NCBI GenBank assembly: GCA_964016885.1
Contig: OZ024740.1
Coordinates: forward strand, 135,160,001-135,224,000
DNA length: 64,000 nucleotides
Direction of reading: 5' to 3'
From: Eledone cirrhosa
Lineage: Eukaryota
The translations under genes were made by a program, and so were the position numbers. The notes under the pieces are model-generated. The model saw nothing but the letters and a program-made list of their open reading frames with translations. It was not told where the DNA came from and searched no databases. Shown piece after piece: positions 45,680-60,496 of this stretch (position 1 is the stretch's first letter; every line of letters starts with the position of its first letter).

Positions 45680-46050
45680 AGATGTGGGTGTATAGTAAGG
45701 AAATTTACTTCACAATCACATAGTTTTGGGTTCAGTCTCCCTGTGAGCCCTTTATTTAAGTGTCTTCTACTATAGCCTCAGTATGATCAATGACTTGTGG
45801 TAAATTTTGTCGATGAAAACTGTATGAAAGCTCATCGTGTAAATGCATATGTGTGTGCCTCTGTTTGTATTTACATTGATGTTTATTTATGTTCCAAAAC
45901 TTAGCATTTTGACAGAAAAAGATCAATAAAATAAGTACCAGATTAAAAAAAAAAAAAAGAATGGGGTAAATACAATCAGCTAAAATCCTTCTGGGTGATG
46001 CCCTAGCATGACTTCAGTTCAGTGACTGAAAAAAAACAATAAAAGAATGA
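45680..46050 (+). mobile_element. Decayed tRNA-derived SINE
   Basis: A/B-box-like start (GTGGGTGTATAGTAAG...GGGTTCAGTCTC) and the AATAAAATAAGTACCAG motif shared with other SINEs in the window. Confidence 0.5.
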
Positions 46051-46429
46051 GATAATAATTTCTTACAAATTCATTATTTTGTCATTCAAAGTTTTGGTGA
46101 CTGATTCTGTATTTTGTTCACTACTATTATGTATGTTACTGTTTATTTGATCTACATGAACTAACATACACTACTCTTAAGAATTAGAGCTATATTATTT
46201 CCTACTTAAGATATAAATCTAGTTTATTGGGTTCATAATTTATTCTACATTGATACCAAACTGGATCTGCAGTTATTGGGGATGTGATTTGTCTGTATAA
46301 ACTGGACCCAACTTGTCTCTAAATGGGACCCGTCTAACCCATGCTAGCGTAGAAGATAGACGTTAATCGATGATGATGATGATGAGAGATTATTTAATAA
46401 CTCAAAAGATTGCATCTTACATATGCATT

Positions 46430-47300
46430 AATAGAGCCTTTACTTGGTGAATTCTTGCAGCAATTTCATTCGATTCTGAGTGATATGGGAGTATTTTCAT
46501 AGATTTACATAAGATCTTATTAAGTCATGTACACAAGTCATTAGCATGAAATTAAGTCATTAGTAGACACTAGAACACAATTTCTGACAAACAGTTCTTA
46601 ATGGCTAGCGGCACAACTGTTTTGGTTCTTTATTCTAAACGCATTACTTTTGTCCACTCAGAGTGTGCATCAATCAGTATTACAGTATTAAGAATAATCC
46701 ATAATTCTTGACACAAGGATGCATGATCCATATGCTTTAATTTCTTTAGGCCTTATGTGCAATATCAGACATTGCACATGTTCCATGTCTTCACAGTAAT
46801 CTGGCTACCATGCTTCTCATTTCAACCAATTCCTTGACGTTGAGCTACAATGTATATCATCATACACAGCTTTCATCATTAACATTTACAAAGATGTTAG
46901 TGGAACAATTAAATATCCATTACACAAAATACCATCTTACGCTAGTGATTTATTTTCCACTGATTTAAATGGTCTTTCAACTACAGAATAATTGCTCCAA
47001 TTATTATTCAAAATCCTTTTTAATGTACTGCATAAAATATTAGCATTGGCTGTCCCTAACTTCATAATTTCTATCAGTTGGATGAGAATATCATCCTTAT
47101 CATGATCACATTCATTCAAACCTATATTATTAATAAATTCCAATTCTGATAATGCATCAATGTGTAATATTTCAGATCCCTTTATATAATATATTTCATA
47201 ATCAAATACTGTCATATGTAAGGCATATCTTAAATTCATACTGATGATCATTTCAGTAAACTATAATTTTTTTTAAATTAAAAATCATTTCTAGTGCCCT
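46430..47300 (-). pseudogene. Decayed Gypsy-type LTR retrotransposon pol fragment (RNase H end / integrase)
   Basis: LRYALHMTVFDYEIYYIKGSEILHIDALS resembles the Gypsy RWAL..YDY.I.Y..G...ADALS motif; downstream TPYH.ESN-like integrase remnant; many stops. Confidence 0.6.
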
Positions 47301-47501
47301 TTTATGTTGAATTACATACTGACTGAAACTAATTCTTTTTTCATATTTTATACACATTTTACCAAATGCAGAACATTTTAATGGTGAAAACTTATATCCA
47401 CAAAAGTAAAATCTAGACCCTGATTTATATTTTTTCTACCAGCATGAGATATAGTCATATCAAGACCACCGTTACTGTCTATTATGTATTATTTTATTTT
47501 T

Positions 47502-47668
47502 GGCAGTATCGGTAGAGAGTCGGGCACCATGCTTTGAAGCATAGAGTTTATGATCTGAGTTCAAATCCCGCCGAGGTTAACTTTGTCTTTCATCCTTATG
47601 GGGTCGATAAAATAAAGTACCAGTAATGTACTGGGTAATTTCTGGCCTTGTGCCTAAAATAGAAACAA
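47502..47668 (+). mobile_element. tRNA-derived SINE
   Basis: B box GAGTTCAAATCCC and GGGGTCGATAAAATAAAGTACCAG; reverse-complement copies at 62150-62460 and 63700-63775. Confidence 0.75.
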
Positions 47669-50486
47669 TTATTTTATTTAAATCAACTGAGATTTAGAAA
47701 TCATTTCAAGCTATTTAACGAATTCAATGCATACATGAAGTTTCCAATAACCTGATTGAAGATAGCTTGATGTTTTTGTGTATTGCTCAGATAATTGTAG
47801 GCCATCTATGAGTCTCATTTGAATCATAATCTTCTGCACTTTGTCCTTTAGTTCCAATGTTTTCAATTTCACAAAACTGGGCTGACTCCTGTTATCTCTA
47901 AGAATAACTTTGAATTAATTGTTAGATTTTGAAATTGCCTTTAAATACACACCTTGTTCAAATTTCAATTTACACTTTGGACTGAAATCTCACTATTACA
48001 TGACAGATGATATTAAATTTCTGTAGTTAAACATTTTTCTTAGATTACTTAAATTGAAAGTTAGTTGTTTCTCTAAATCTCATACAATTTTTGATTGTTT
48101 TGATAATTAAAACACAAAGGTAGCATTATATTCTTGTTAAAAATATACTTTCAAGCATGTTATGTGTGAAACTTGTTGTCAGTCAAGCAAACAGTGCTAT
48201 TTACTTCAAATAGAAGTACTGTATTAAGGGGTAGAATTTCTGACCATACAGATAGCAACCCAATACTCCAATTCAACAGCTATTTGTTTGTGTGTTTGTA
48301 AACAGAATGCAGAATACCCATGAGTCTGATTTTCTTTATCTAAAGATAGTTTATTTTATGCCTTTATAACCTATGTATACACATATAATTCATTATATGT
48401 AGTGTCTTGTATAACTATCCTTCACAAGGTTATATATTTCTGGCAGATCTAGATTTAAAACATAAAAACCAAGTTAATGGATTCTATAACTGCAGTGGGT
48501 GGGGTAAGTCAGTATCATCTGCTACAGTAGTGATTCCCAACTTGTGATCTCTTGGCCCTAGGTGTCTGTAAAGGTGGCACTGGGAATCTGTGAACTTACT
48601 GAGTAGATAGACCTTTCAGTACAGCCCTCCCTCTGACTAACCCATCAAATAGGGGAAAAAAAAGAAAATTAACAAGCAAATTATTTGCAAAATAGGTCTT
48701 CAAAATTATATATACGTGTGTGTGTGTGTGTGTATGTATTATAAATCTAAGATAAATTTAATGTAGTTATAGCAAGAGTTTATAAGTTTCACAGTGAAAA
48801 TGTAAACAAATGTGAAAAACATTCTTTGTACACAAAACAATGTGAGAGATTGCTTTTACAAAACACACCTAGTTGGTAATACACCAAAAGAAAATACCCT
48901 TCCATCTATAAAAAGATAATAGTCAAATGTTATTTATATCAAATACAAAACAGAACTAAACTGAAAAGCCCAGTCTAATTTACATAATATGCATCAGCTG
49001 ACAGAGGAATTAAATATGTATGCACAACACAGCATATATTACAAAATTTAAGATAAATACAGCTTATGAGTCTGACTCAGGAAACAAGCAAATATTAAAA
49101 AAAAATTTTTTATTATCTTTGTACACAGAAAAACAACTGTTTCACAGCTAGTTCGCTATTAATTATTGCATGTTTAACACCCTAAACTACTTGGCCACAC
49201 ACATTCATAAAACATATTAATAAATAGATGGACTTCAAATCAGCCTGTAAACTTATGTCAGTTTACTTTTAAAACAGAGTTGTATGCCATGCAAGTATGG
49301 GTGTAATACTGTGACCTAACCTTACTTATAACTTGAAATATGATAATGGCTTTAAAAAAATAAACATGAAAATCAAAGTATTAATATCTCTGTCATCAGG
49401 TTAGATTCTACAATGACTAAGTAATTGTTAAATGATATTTTATCCATAGAAAACTAATTATAAATGAACCTGCGATCTCACTCTCATATTCCTAATGAAT
49501 AACAATGTCTATGATTTTTAAATAATGTTGGAAATAATCAAGAATTTGAAGTGGTTTAGTGATATACCTAACTTTCTTCTTATTAAGCTGGTGTCTGCAA
49601 CATAACATAAAGCTTCTTACATAGAATTATGTTGAAAGGTTTTTTTTTTTTATAGATAAATTGACACACTTTAAAATAAACAGCTTTGTATTGAAGAACA
49701 AGAGGTGGTTGCAGGGGGTATTAAAAAGGATGATATAGATATTGCATTTTGTGAAAAGAATGAGATGCAAACACTTTTCATTTTCCCTCTGTATACAGAA
49801 AAACATGAGATTGCCTTTATGCATTTCAGAGATTTCTCTTCTCATCAGAATATAACTACCCCTATAATCCTGTCATTTTAGGAATCTTTATGTCAAACAG
49901 AGGAAATAATAACCTACGAAATGTATATCTTTCTGTGTACAGAGTAACAGAGGAGAGTGTCTACATTTCACTTTTTTCACTGCAAAGGCTTCTAATTTAA
50001 AAACTATAGTTATGCTTACATTAAATTTACCTTAAATCTTCTATATGCTACATTATAAATATTTATTATTTAATTAACCATAAAAGAATTTGTAGCCATA
50101 TAAATGTTATGTTAAATGTCAAGTAAAATGCTTCTATTCTATAAGAATGAAAGCAATGTATTTCTTATAAATAACTTAAAGAAAGCCAATTCTAATGCCC
50201 ACAATTAAAATACTAACTGTAAATTGATTCATAGAGAAGTTTAGTTCATGGCTCTAGGCAGCAGGAGTATTGTAAAACTGATGGATGCTTAGTTAGCTGG
50301 CTGTGTTTAATTTAGTTCTTTTTAGAGTGAGATGAACTTTTTCAGTCTGCCTTCTCATGCTCCAATGACTTACTTGGTTATAGGGTTTTACCTCCCTAAG
50401 GACGATTTGTTATGTCTTCATTACGTTTATTGAGTAGTGATGCGCGTTACAATCCCTATATATATATGTATATATATATATATATG

Positions 50487-50520
<34 letters not shown>

Positions 50521-51163
50521 AAAAAGAAATGGGATTTCGCTTCAAGCATAGCTTTATACAATATGTATAAATATTTCGTATCTCCAAGGAAATACGGTTT
50601 TAGGAAGCCATAGCTATGCAAACACCGGGGGTGGGAGGTGGGGGTGGGGGGCTAACGCCCTCTGGTGATGTCCAGCAGAAGCAAGGGGGACAACCGTCTA
50701 TGCATTTCACGCTTAACTGGCCTTCATATCATTGTCATCATTTATATTATATATATATATATCAGCATCTTCATCATCATAATCATCATTTAATGTCCGC
50801 TTTCCCTGCTAGCAAGGATTGGATGGGTCAAATAGACCAAGTCAGTACTGAAGCAGAGCTACTGACCTCACAGACAGGTCATGGGGTCTGTATCCTGCTT
50901 ACGTACAGTCATATCAAATGCAGAGTAGAAGTTGTCTTTTGACACAAACTGAAGGATCCTCCTAACCCCTTGTTTGGCAAGCTTTCTATGGCTCTATGCC
51001 CTTCCTAACACCAACCCCTTTACAGCAGGTCCTAGGTGCTTTTATTGTGTAGGAAGGTTGTAATGTCCTTTACTCAACTACATATATCCTTAGATCATCA
51101 TCACAAAGTCCTTTCTAATAACAAGAATTCACCAGTGTAGTTATGTATATATAGATGATTTGC

Positions 51164-51470
<307 letters not shown>

Positions 51471-52197
51471 ATATATGTATATATATATAAATATATATAT
51501 CCCTAGATCACGCAGCACAAAAAACTTTCTAATTACAAGAATTCACAAATGTGTTCATGCATGTATCTATAAATTTAATTATAAATTTAATTTGATTTTA
51601 AATTCAAATTCAAATGTTTTCTTTCAACTTAATCACTTCTCTTTAATATTGGGTTTAATATAATAATAAAAATTACATTATTTACTGTATATTAATAATT
51701 GTAACAATTTTGCTATGATTATTATGATGAAAAAGGTATGAATTACAAATGAAATCAGCCTTCTACAATTCATATTCACTATTTTATGTCTATTTTGTTT
51801 CACCAGTTTAAAATACACTGCAATAACACTCACTGATCTACCACAAGATAAGTTTCTCTGCCAAAAACTTCACTTCCAGCCTTAACTGGTCTTAAAACGA
51901 CTGCTAAGGTTGGAGATTCAACATGTTTTCAAGTATCCACCAACCATAAATAAGATCTTCCAATTCATAGAAGCTACAAAAAGATTTAGCAACAGAGATA
52001 TTTAACTGTTCTTTATCTGTCTTTTTTCCCCTCCATACTCTTCTTTTTTTTTTCTCTCGCTCTCTCCATTGTTTTTGTTTCATATATTTAAAGGGTATCA
52101 GATACCCTTTTCAATCTGTAATGGCATACCAGCTTTACAGGAATAGACACTTAAATTGATTAAATAAATGAATAAATAAACATAGGCTAAGATAACA

Positions 52198-52460
52198 GGA
52201 GTTGCATGGCCTAGTGGTAAGGGTGTTGGACTTATGTCATGGGTTTGATTCCTGGACTGGGTTGTGTTGTGTTCTTGAGCAAAACACTTCATTTCACATT
52301 GACCCAGTATACTCAGCTGAAACTGAGTACCAGCAATAGCAGGGGGTTTAACCCTGTGATGAACTGGGATCCTGTCTTGTATCCTCAGTCACTTAATACC
52401 ATGGAATTCCGGATAAGTACTAACCTTTATGAGCCTCCAGGCTCAAGACAGACGTTAGAC
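52198..52460 (+). mobile_element. tRNA-derived SINE
   Basis: A box TGGCCTAGTGG, B-box-like GGGTTTGATTCC, and core TGTGTTCTTGAGCAAAACACTTCATTTCACATTG also seen reversed at 61600-61720. Confidence 0.65.
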
Positions 52461-53531
52461 TTTTTGAGAAGATAATAGGAAAAGGCAACAGCATGTATAG
52501 TCTGGCTTAATTATACATTATAGTGCCTACAACAAGAGAAGAACATTTGCGATGACACAGGCCAAAATTCTAGTGCATATTCTATCCAGTCTTTGGCCAT
52601 CAGTTCTTTTCTATATAAACATCAATATATATAAACCCTTTTGTGTTCACACGGAGAAATGTTTGGAGTAGTGATAATGACAGCTTTTTAGTAATTGTGT
52701 AATCAAAATAATAATACTCACTGGTTCCAATAGGACAGTCTAACCAATGTCCAAACTTAACCTCTATATCAATATGTCTGCCTACTCCCTTGAAGCATGT
52801 TGAAGCCTATATATGTATATATATATATATCAAAGGCAAGAATGGAAGCAGCATGGAAGTATCTTTAGAGAATCTTTAATCCAACAGTGATTATTGAAAC
52901 CAAGAGAAAACAACTTTTAAACGTTTGTTTTTTGTTTTTTGTTTTTTGTTTTTTTTAAAATGTTTTTCTCTTGTTTTCAATAATCACTGTCGGATTAAAG
53001 AAGAAAAAAGATTCTTCAAATATACCTTCGTGCTGCTTCCATTCCCACCCTGTCTCTATAACCTCTGTTATATATACATAATCTATACTAATAATAAATA
53101 TTTGCTCTCCCCGCTCCACATATGACGTTTATCTTCGTTTTTTCCGTTCATTGCCAGAGAACGTCTCTATGAACCACCTAAGAGAATATTAGTCTACGAC
53201 TTCTTTTATACCATAAACGTGGTTTTGTATTTGCGTGTAATTGTTTTTCACTGCCCCAAATAATGACGTATTATATTCGTTTTTTCCCGCTCTTTGCCAG
53301 GGAACGTTTCCACGGACCAAAGTATCGTCTTCCTGTCTTCCTCCGGTTGCAACGTTTTTTGAAATATTCACCTCTGCGTTCACAGATTGACTTTGTTAGT
53401 TTCAGAAGATCCCGTTAAGGGTGAAAGCAGCGATTCTTTGCTTAAACTTTAAACTACGGTTCTTATATATTTGATATATATTTATCCTTATTGAGCCCTC
53501 TTTAGATTTTAGTCTTCAAATTTATTATTAT

Positions 53532-53589
<58 letters not shown>

Positions 53590-53590
<1 letters not shown>

Positions 53591-54993
53591 GACCTCATCA
53601 TGTACTCTCGTTACGTAGACGATATTAATATAGTAATAAGGACACCCCCACAAGAGAGTACTAACAAGTATGATTTAGAATGTAGCACAATGGAAAGCAT
53701 CCAGCAGATAGCTAATTCCACACACAAGAGTATAACTGTAACTATCGACTACCTTCCAAACACCCTAACAGTAGACTAACTGTGTTAGACACGGAACTCT
53801 GCATTAACACTATAGACGAGAGAGCCCAAATTCTCCACTCACACTATGCTAAACCCATGGTCTCCAAATACCTGATACTCAAAAACTCAGCAATATCCAG
53901 TAGTGCTAAGTTTAATATTCTGATCGCAGACTTGGTACGAGTGATGAAGAATGTGTCCCGCATGTGCGATCCAACAGAAATGGAAAGACACATCCAACAT
54001 TTCATCAAGCCATGGAGAAGTATAAGACCCTCATAGAACTGGACATGAAAGGAATTTGTCCACTATACAGGAGCAAATCATGGAATAGCTTAGATAGGAC
54101 TAAACATAAGATAGGGAAAGTCACCTCATGGTATGACATCCAGAGATACCAGAATGTCATGTTCGTGGACGTTACCCCTAGAGGGAAATTAGCTAACCAG
54201 TGTATAAATGCCCTGAGAAAGATCTACTTAAAGATTAAAGTGGTAGAAAAGCCAGGAACTACCATAAAATTCCTGATCAGCAAAACATACCCTTTTAAGA
54301 AAACCCACTGTACTAATAAGAAATGTATTATATGTAAAGTAAACCCCCGGTTAAACTGTAAAACTGGAAATGTAGTCTATAGCATAAGATGTACAGAGGG
54401 TACTTGCAGAAACATGACAACAACATACATAGGGAAGACAGCTCGTAGAATAGGTGAAAGGATAGACCAACACTGGGGGGAACTAAAAGGATGAAAAAAC
54501 GGTTCAGTACTATACGAACATGCCAGACAACAACATGACGGTAACATAGACAACATAGAAATTAAAATAATATCTAAATATAGAAATGACCCAGCAGATA
54601 GGCAAATCAGAGAGGCAAGTGAAATAGAACTTAGAAGGCCAAAGCTAAACAGAAAAATTGAATGGAATAACAACACCCAAACAAACAATACTGACTTAAG
54701 AGAAATATAAATAAATAAATAAATATATACACAAGCACAATAAAAACAAACACATATAAGCACACACTAGTAAACTAAGATAGAATACAATAACCAAAAC
54801 ACAGTCACCCAAACACGAACACACACCAAACACTATACACACACACACAAACGCATGCGCAGAGAAGAAGACAAAAATAAATAAATAAATAAACAGATAA
54901 AATAAAGATGGCGTAGACATACAATACAACAGGAGGAACATAATAGCACCACTGACGATGTTGCAGATGTGCAACGAAAGAACTTTGTTAGAC
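53590..54993 (+). mobile_element. 5'-truncated, frameshifted Penelope-like element (RT C-terminus, Cys-rich linker, GIY-YIG endonuclease, terminal hammerhead)
   Basis: YSRYVDDI at ~53600; LDTEL and HYAKPM; C-x4-C-x2-C linker; VVYSIRC...YIGKTARRIGERIDQH (53964-54494); IREA.EI...PKLN tail. 5' end abuts (TA)n. Confidence 0.85.
54947..54989 (+). ncRNA. Penelope-type minimal hammerhead (partly decayed)
   Basis: ACCA-CTGACGA-T-GTTGCA(GATG)TGCAAC-GAAA-GAAC-TT-TGTT, at the 3' end of the Penelope-like element. Confidence 0.65.
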
Positions 54994-55367
54994 TATATAT
55001 ATGTGTTTATATCTATATTATATCTGTATTTTTGACCGTTGGTCAGTCAATGGTAAACATTGAGGACCAAATGAATTAACTGATATAAAAGATACAGAAG
55101 CAAAAACCAACCAAACAGTGAGTGTGTTCTGTTATTAATTCTGGCAATATTATTACAACAATATGACCCTCCCCAAGTATAACAATATATATATATATGG
55201 ATTTTACTAAATTCTGTGATGAATTTATATCCTGATTCTCTTTTGAGATGAGTTTGAGTTATTTTTCCTAAATCTTTCGTTAACTACTTTTCCCATCTTG
55301 ACGTTATAGTCGCATATATGTTATAGAATGCCGTTAGCTTCTTGCTAAAACAATCTCTATACCTCTC

Positions 55368-55400
<33 letters not shown>

Positions 55401-55403
<3 letters not shown>

Positions 55404-56598
55404 AAAATTAAGATAAATCAAAATGAATGTAATCTAAATCAAAATTATGGGTGTCATGCCAGTAAAGGCATGCGCCATATCACCCGTAAAATAAGCTCCA
55501 AGATTCTAATGAATAGGTCCAAGCATTTTATAATAACTAGAAATTGATTAACATATAAACAAACATATGAAACAATCACAGGGGATAATTTTTACAAGTG
55601 TGTAAGCACACATAGCTAGGTAGGTAACTAAATAAAGTTAACTAGAACTTCAAAAATAGATACCTTATAATATGATTAATCTTCCTTGTATATATTCCAT
55701 TAAAGAAATATATTTCACCAATTAATCGAATGGTAAACCACGGAGGCCGATACTTGGATTTTCAACAAGGAAGAAGTCCAGCCATCTGTGTTTACGCATT
55801 AAGTTCAAATCAGCGACTGACCAATAACACGTGCTGTATCTACTAAATATACACACATCATACCAGCTTCGTCCCAGTGGCGTGAATAGGGTTATCGACA
55901 ACTAGAAAGAGCAGTCAAGTCCTTTCAACAGAGTTAGCTCTACAATTAAGGAGCCGTTTTTATATATCTATATCCAAAATTAAGATAAATCAAAATGAAT
56001 TTAATCTAAATCAAAATTATGGGTGTCATGCCAGAAAGGCATGCGCCATATCACCCGTAAAATAAGCTCCAAGCATTTTATAACAACTAGAAATTGATTA
56101 ACATATAAATAAACATATAAAACAATCACAGGGGATAATTTTTACAAGTGTGTAAGCACACATAGCTAGGTAGGTAACTAAATAAAGTTAACTAGAACTT
56201 CAAAAAAGGACTTGACTGCTCTTTCTAGCTGTTGATAACCCTATTCACGCCACTGGGACGAAGCTGGTATGTTGTGTGTATTTTTAGTAGATACAGCACG
56301 TGTTACTGGCCAGTCGCTGATTTGAACTTAATGCGTAAACACAGATAGCTGGACTTCTTCCTTGTTGAAGATCCAGGACCTGGCTACTGTCGTTTACCAA
56401 TCGATTAATTGGTGAAATATATTTATTTAATGGAATATATACAGGGAAGATTAATTATATTATAAGGTATCTATTTTTGAAGTTCTAGTTAACTTTATTT
56501 AGTTACCTACCTAGCTATGTGTGCTTACACACTTGTAAAAATTATCCCCTGTGATTGTTTCATATGTTTATTTATATGTTAATCAATTTCTAGTTGTT
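55401..56598. repeat. ~572-bp-unit family, locus B (1.4 forward units, then inverted partial unit)
   Basis: The unit restarts at 55973; the orientation switches at ~56205; TA repeats at both ends. Confidence 0.8.
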
Positions 56599-56672
56599 AT
56601 ATATATATATATATATATACATATATATCTAAACCCATGCTAGTGTGGAAGATAGACGTTAAACGACGATGA

Positions 56673-56710
<38 letters not shown>

Positions 56711-56729
56711 CCGTAGAGCAAATATTTAT

Positions 56730-56760
<31 letters not shown>

Positions 56761-56813
56761 ATATAATCCTTATCGACCCCTCTTTGGATTTTGGTCTTCA
56801 TAATTATCATTAC

Positions 56814-56869
<56 letters not shown>

Positions 56870-57011
56870 TATATATATATTGGAATGATGCAAAATTAAT
56901 GACCGATTGTATTTTTAATCAATTTAATTAATGACACTTGTTGTTCAGTTATTTATTTTTTTAGAATAATATTCCTTCTACAACAATGTGATTGTATTCC
57001 AGAATGCTCAT

Positions 57012-57234
57012 TTAACCCTTTAACATTATTCTATATATACTATTGTATTTTCATGGCAAAGGTTTTATCTCACATGATTATATCACATAATATCGAATCT
57101 ATGAGATTTTGATATTATTTATTTTGAGAACAATACCTTAATATCAGTATGAGTGGCTGGTTACAGTTGGTTTAAACAGAAATAGATGAGAGAATTCTGG
57201 CCGGATATGGCCGGTTTAAATACCAAAGGGTTAA
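57012..57234. mobile_element. piggyBac-type MITE
   Basis: TTAA-CCCTTT...AAAGGG-TTAA termini; related copies at 57754-57885 and 60497-60728. Confidence 0.7.
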
Positions 57235-57353
57235 ACATGTTTTGATTGTATTTTGGTGTTGTATTGTATAATAAATTTAGAATCAATAAAAATGGATATT
57301 AATTTTGCATCAACCTAATATATATATATAAAGTAAATATATACATATATGTT

Positions 57354-57401
<48 letters not shown>

Positions 57402-57929
57402 CATGCACACACACATATATATATATAAAGTAAAAAAATATAAAAGTGGTTATGGTGCTAATGTCGCTATGGATGGAATCTTTATGTGTTGAAATTATTT
57501 TTAATTTCTCTTATATATATAAAAACAAAAACATGAAACTGTTGCCATATTTACTATATTTTTTGTTGGATGAAACATATATTTACTAATACTATGTCCC
57601 TTTCAATGTCACTCTTTTACTCTTTTACCTGTTATAGCTGACTGGCTGAGGCCATGCTGGGCAACAAATTGCTATATATATATATATATGTGTGTGTGTA
57701 AAACAATGATTTGCAATGTTCTAAAGTATTTTGCTGAAACTCTTAATTTATGTTTAACCCTTTACTCTATATTTACTATTTACAATACCTTGACATCAGT
57801 ATAAACGGCCAGTTACAGCTGGTTTGAACAGAAAAAGGTAAGCGAATTCTGGTCATATATGGCCAGTTTAAATGCTAAAGTATTAATACACACACACACA
57901 CATGCGTGCATATGTATGGAGGGAGAATA

Positions 57930-58955
57930 TCAGGCGTAATGTTGGTGAACTTCGGAAAGCATGGAAGTTTTGAAGGATGCACTGTCCTGATAGTTAACAA
58001 CTGATGTAGGTAGTTTGTTCCATGCTTCAGCAACTCTGAGCATGAAAAAATGTTTCCGAATATCATGGGAGATTTACTGTTTTCTGAAAACAAGCTTTAA
58101 ATAGATAGCTGGAGAGTGGCTGACAAATGTCTTACTGAGTGTTGCTAAGACACCCTAAGCCTTCTTGACAATTTTAGAGATGTGCTTTGTCCAACGCAAA
58201 TCGCTGTTGATAATAATGCCCAGGTTACGTTCACAAGAAGACTTCTTGAGATTAGTGTTGTGGAGGGAACATGTGAAAGCTGGGTTTTTCCTCCCAAAAT
58301 ACATGGTGATACAATTGTCCACAGCCAGCTTGAGTTGCCAGTCCGTAATCCATTGCTACATTGTTTCCAGGATCTGTCCTTTTTATCTCAAGGTACAGCT
58401 TGATGTCATCTGCATATTTCAGCACTGTGACATTCTTCAAGTTAGCATCTATATCATTAATGTATGCAACAAAAGTGGACCAAGAACAGATCCCTGCGGT
58501 ACACCAGATGACATCTCATAGGGTGAAGAATGTTGTCCTTGAACCATCATTTCCTCTTTTTAACTGAGAATGAAGGACTTCAACCAGTTATAAAGATCAT
58601 CTCTCACACTCATTGCAAAGAGTTTTGCCATAAGTCTTTTTTGTAGCAAAGAATTAAAAGCTTTAGCAAAGTCAAGATAAATAACATCCACCCATGTGCC
58701 GCCATCAGTGATTTGAGTAATGTCTTCAAGAAACAGCAGCTGGAATTGGGGATAAATCCAAATTGTGAGGGCCGGATAAGGCTGTGAGAGTTCCAGAAGT
58801 TCCAGAGTGTTTCTCTGACATATGACTTCATCAGTTTGGTGATGCAGCTCATAAAACTGACAAGATGATAGTTGACAGGTGACATGCGATCACCCTTTTT
58901 GAACAGAGGAACGACACTGGCAATTTTCCACTGCTCTGAGGTAATACCATTGTTT
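57930..58955 (-). pseudogene. Decayed CR1-type LINE RT fragment
   Basis: [39 protein letters not shown] and KYADDIK across broken frames. Confidence 0.8.
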
Positions 58956-59632
58956 AGGCAGAATTGGAAGAAGAGCGAAAGATGTGTGTGTGTGTCTGTT
59001 TGGTTAATATTTTCCTTAGAATTTTTATGTCTGCTTGAAAGTAAAACCAAAAGAAACATTTCCTTTTTCTTACAAATGATGGAAATGAAGTATTTTGTTG
59101 TGAATTTGTTTTGCAAAATTCTTGAAGTGAAATCCTGTGTTGAAACAAATATTGTTTTATTTTGGGAAAGTTAAGCTGCCAAACAGAAAACCTACCCTGG
59201 TTAAGTTTCACTTCAGATTTATTCATTAGGCAATTAATCTATCACTCACTTGATTAGTTATCTAATTATTTAATTGTCAAAGTCCTTTCATCACAGCTTG
59301 TGAAATATTTGTTTCTTGCATTTGACCAAAAGACATTTCTACTTATTCTTTATGTAAAATAGATAACAATATCCATGAAGGATAATAATTAATCTTTATT
59401 TTTTTATAAATAGACTTGTTTCTCTTATATAATTTGTCCTTCAATCTCCCCAACATTTTTTATTTTTAAATTTGTAAGTTCTACAAGGAAGGTGATAGAG
59501 TGGCAGAGTCATAAGAACATTGTTTGTGGTATTTGTTCTGGCTCTCAGCACCGAGTCCAAATACTGCAGAGAGGTCAAATTTGCCTTTTAATCCTTTTAA
59601 GGTTGATAAATAAAGTACCACTTTAATACTAG

Positions 59633-59719
<87 letters not shown>

Positions 59720-59951
59720 GCACATGTGTTTTTTTTCTCTCCAATTCTTTTCTCATTTTCCTCATTAATTCCTCTTATCCCTCTTTACTTTCTATTTATC
59801 TTCTATTTCTAACTCTATCTTCTGATAACGGACTAGTGTCCAAAACGCTAAAACCCTCTTCCTGCTATTTAAAGCATTAAACTAATATATTTCTTCCATG
59901 TACTTGTGCCATTTGTTTTGTTATTTTTGTTATTTCTGTTTACCTTTTACA

Positions 59952-59952
<1 letters not shown>

Positions 59953-60024
<72 letters not shown>
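59953..60024. repeat. (AC)n microsatellite
   Basis: Direct inspection. Confidence 0.97.
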
Positions 60025-60033
<9 letters not shown>

Positions 60034-60496
60034 ATTGTCTCCCAACCATGGTTTCAGTCTAACTTATTCTCCCTTAAATTGAGATGTTGGCACAAGTTTG
60101 ATATGTTAAATTGCTTCTCTGTGTGATATTTTATCTGTATATTTTATCCATTCATTGAGATGTCTTAGTATTACAGAAAAATAACTTTTAAAATTAATAT
60201 ATATATATTCTCTGGATGAAATTGGCTGTGATCAGACTTGGAGAGGGATGGGCTCTGCCAGGTATAAATACCTAAGATATCAGGAGTAAAGGGTTCGTGG
60301 TTTGAATAAATGGTAGTCCTAGTCTCCGCTTACTTTCAGCTGCTGTGTCCAGTTTTGTAATAACATTATCAATCTATATCTCTTATACCTACCTTTACTC
60401 CTTGCCGGTGATGACTAATCGCTGGTACTCTTTTCCACTTTAATCTTCATCATAATTAAGCTGATGGAGTAATAACACAAATGTCAGAGTGTTGGC

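Noticed and set aside
52198-52270. tRNA gene
   Set aside because: A/B boxes are present but there is no cloverleaf; this is a SINE head.
55820-55900. Twister-ribozyme-like words (TAACACG...GTCCCA...CGTG..AGG) in the 572-bp unit
   Set aside because: I could not build convincing P1 and P4 stems by eye; it needs a covariance-model search.
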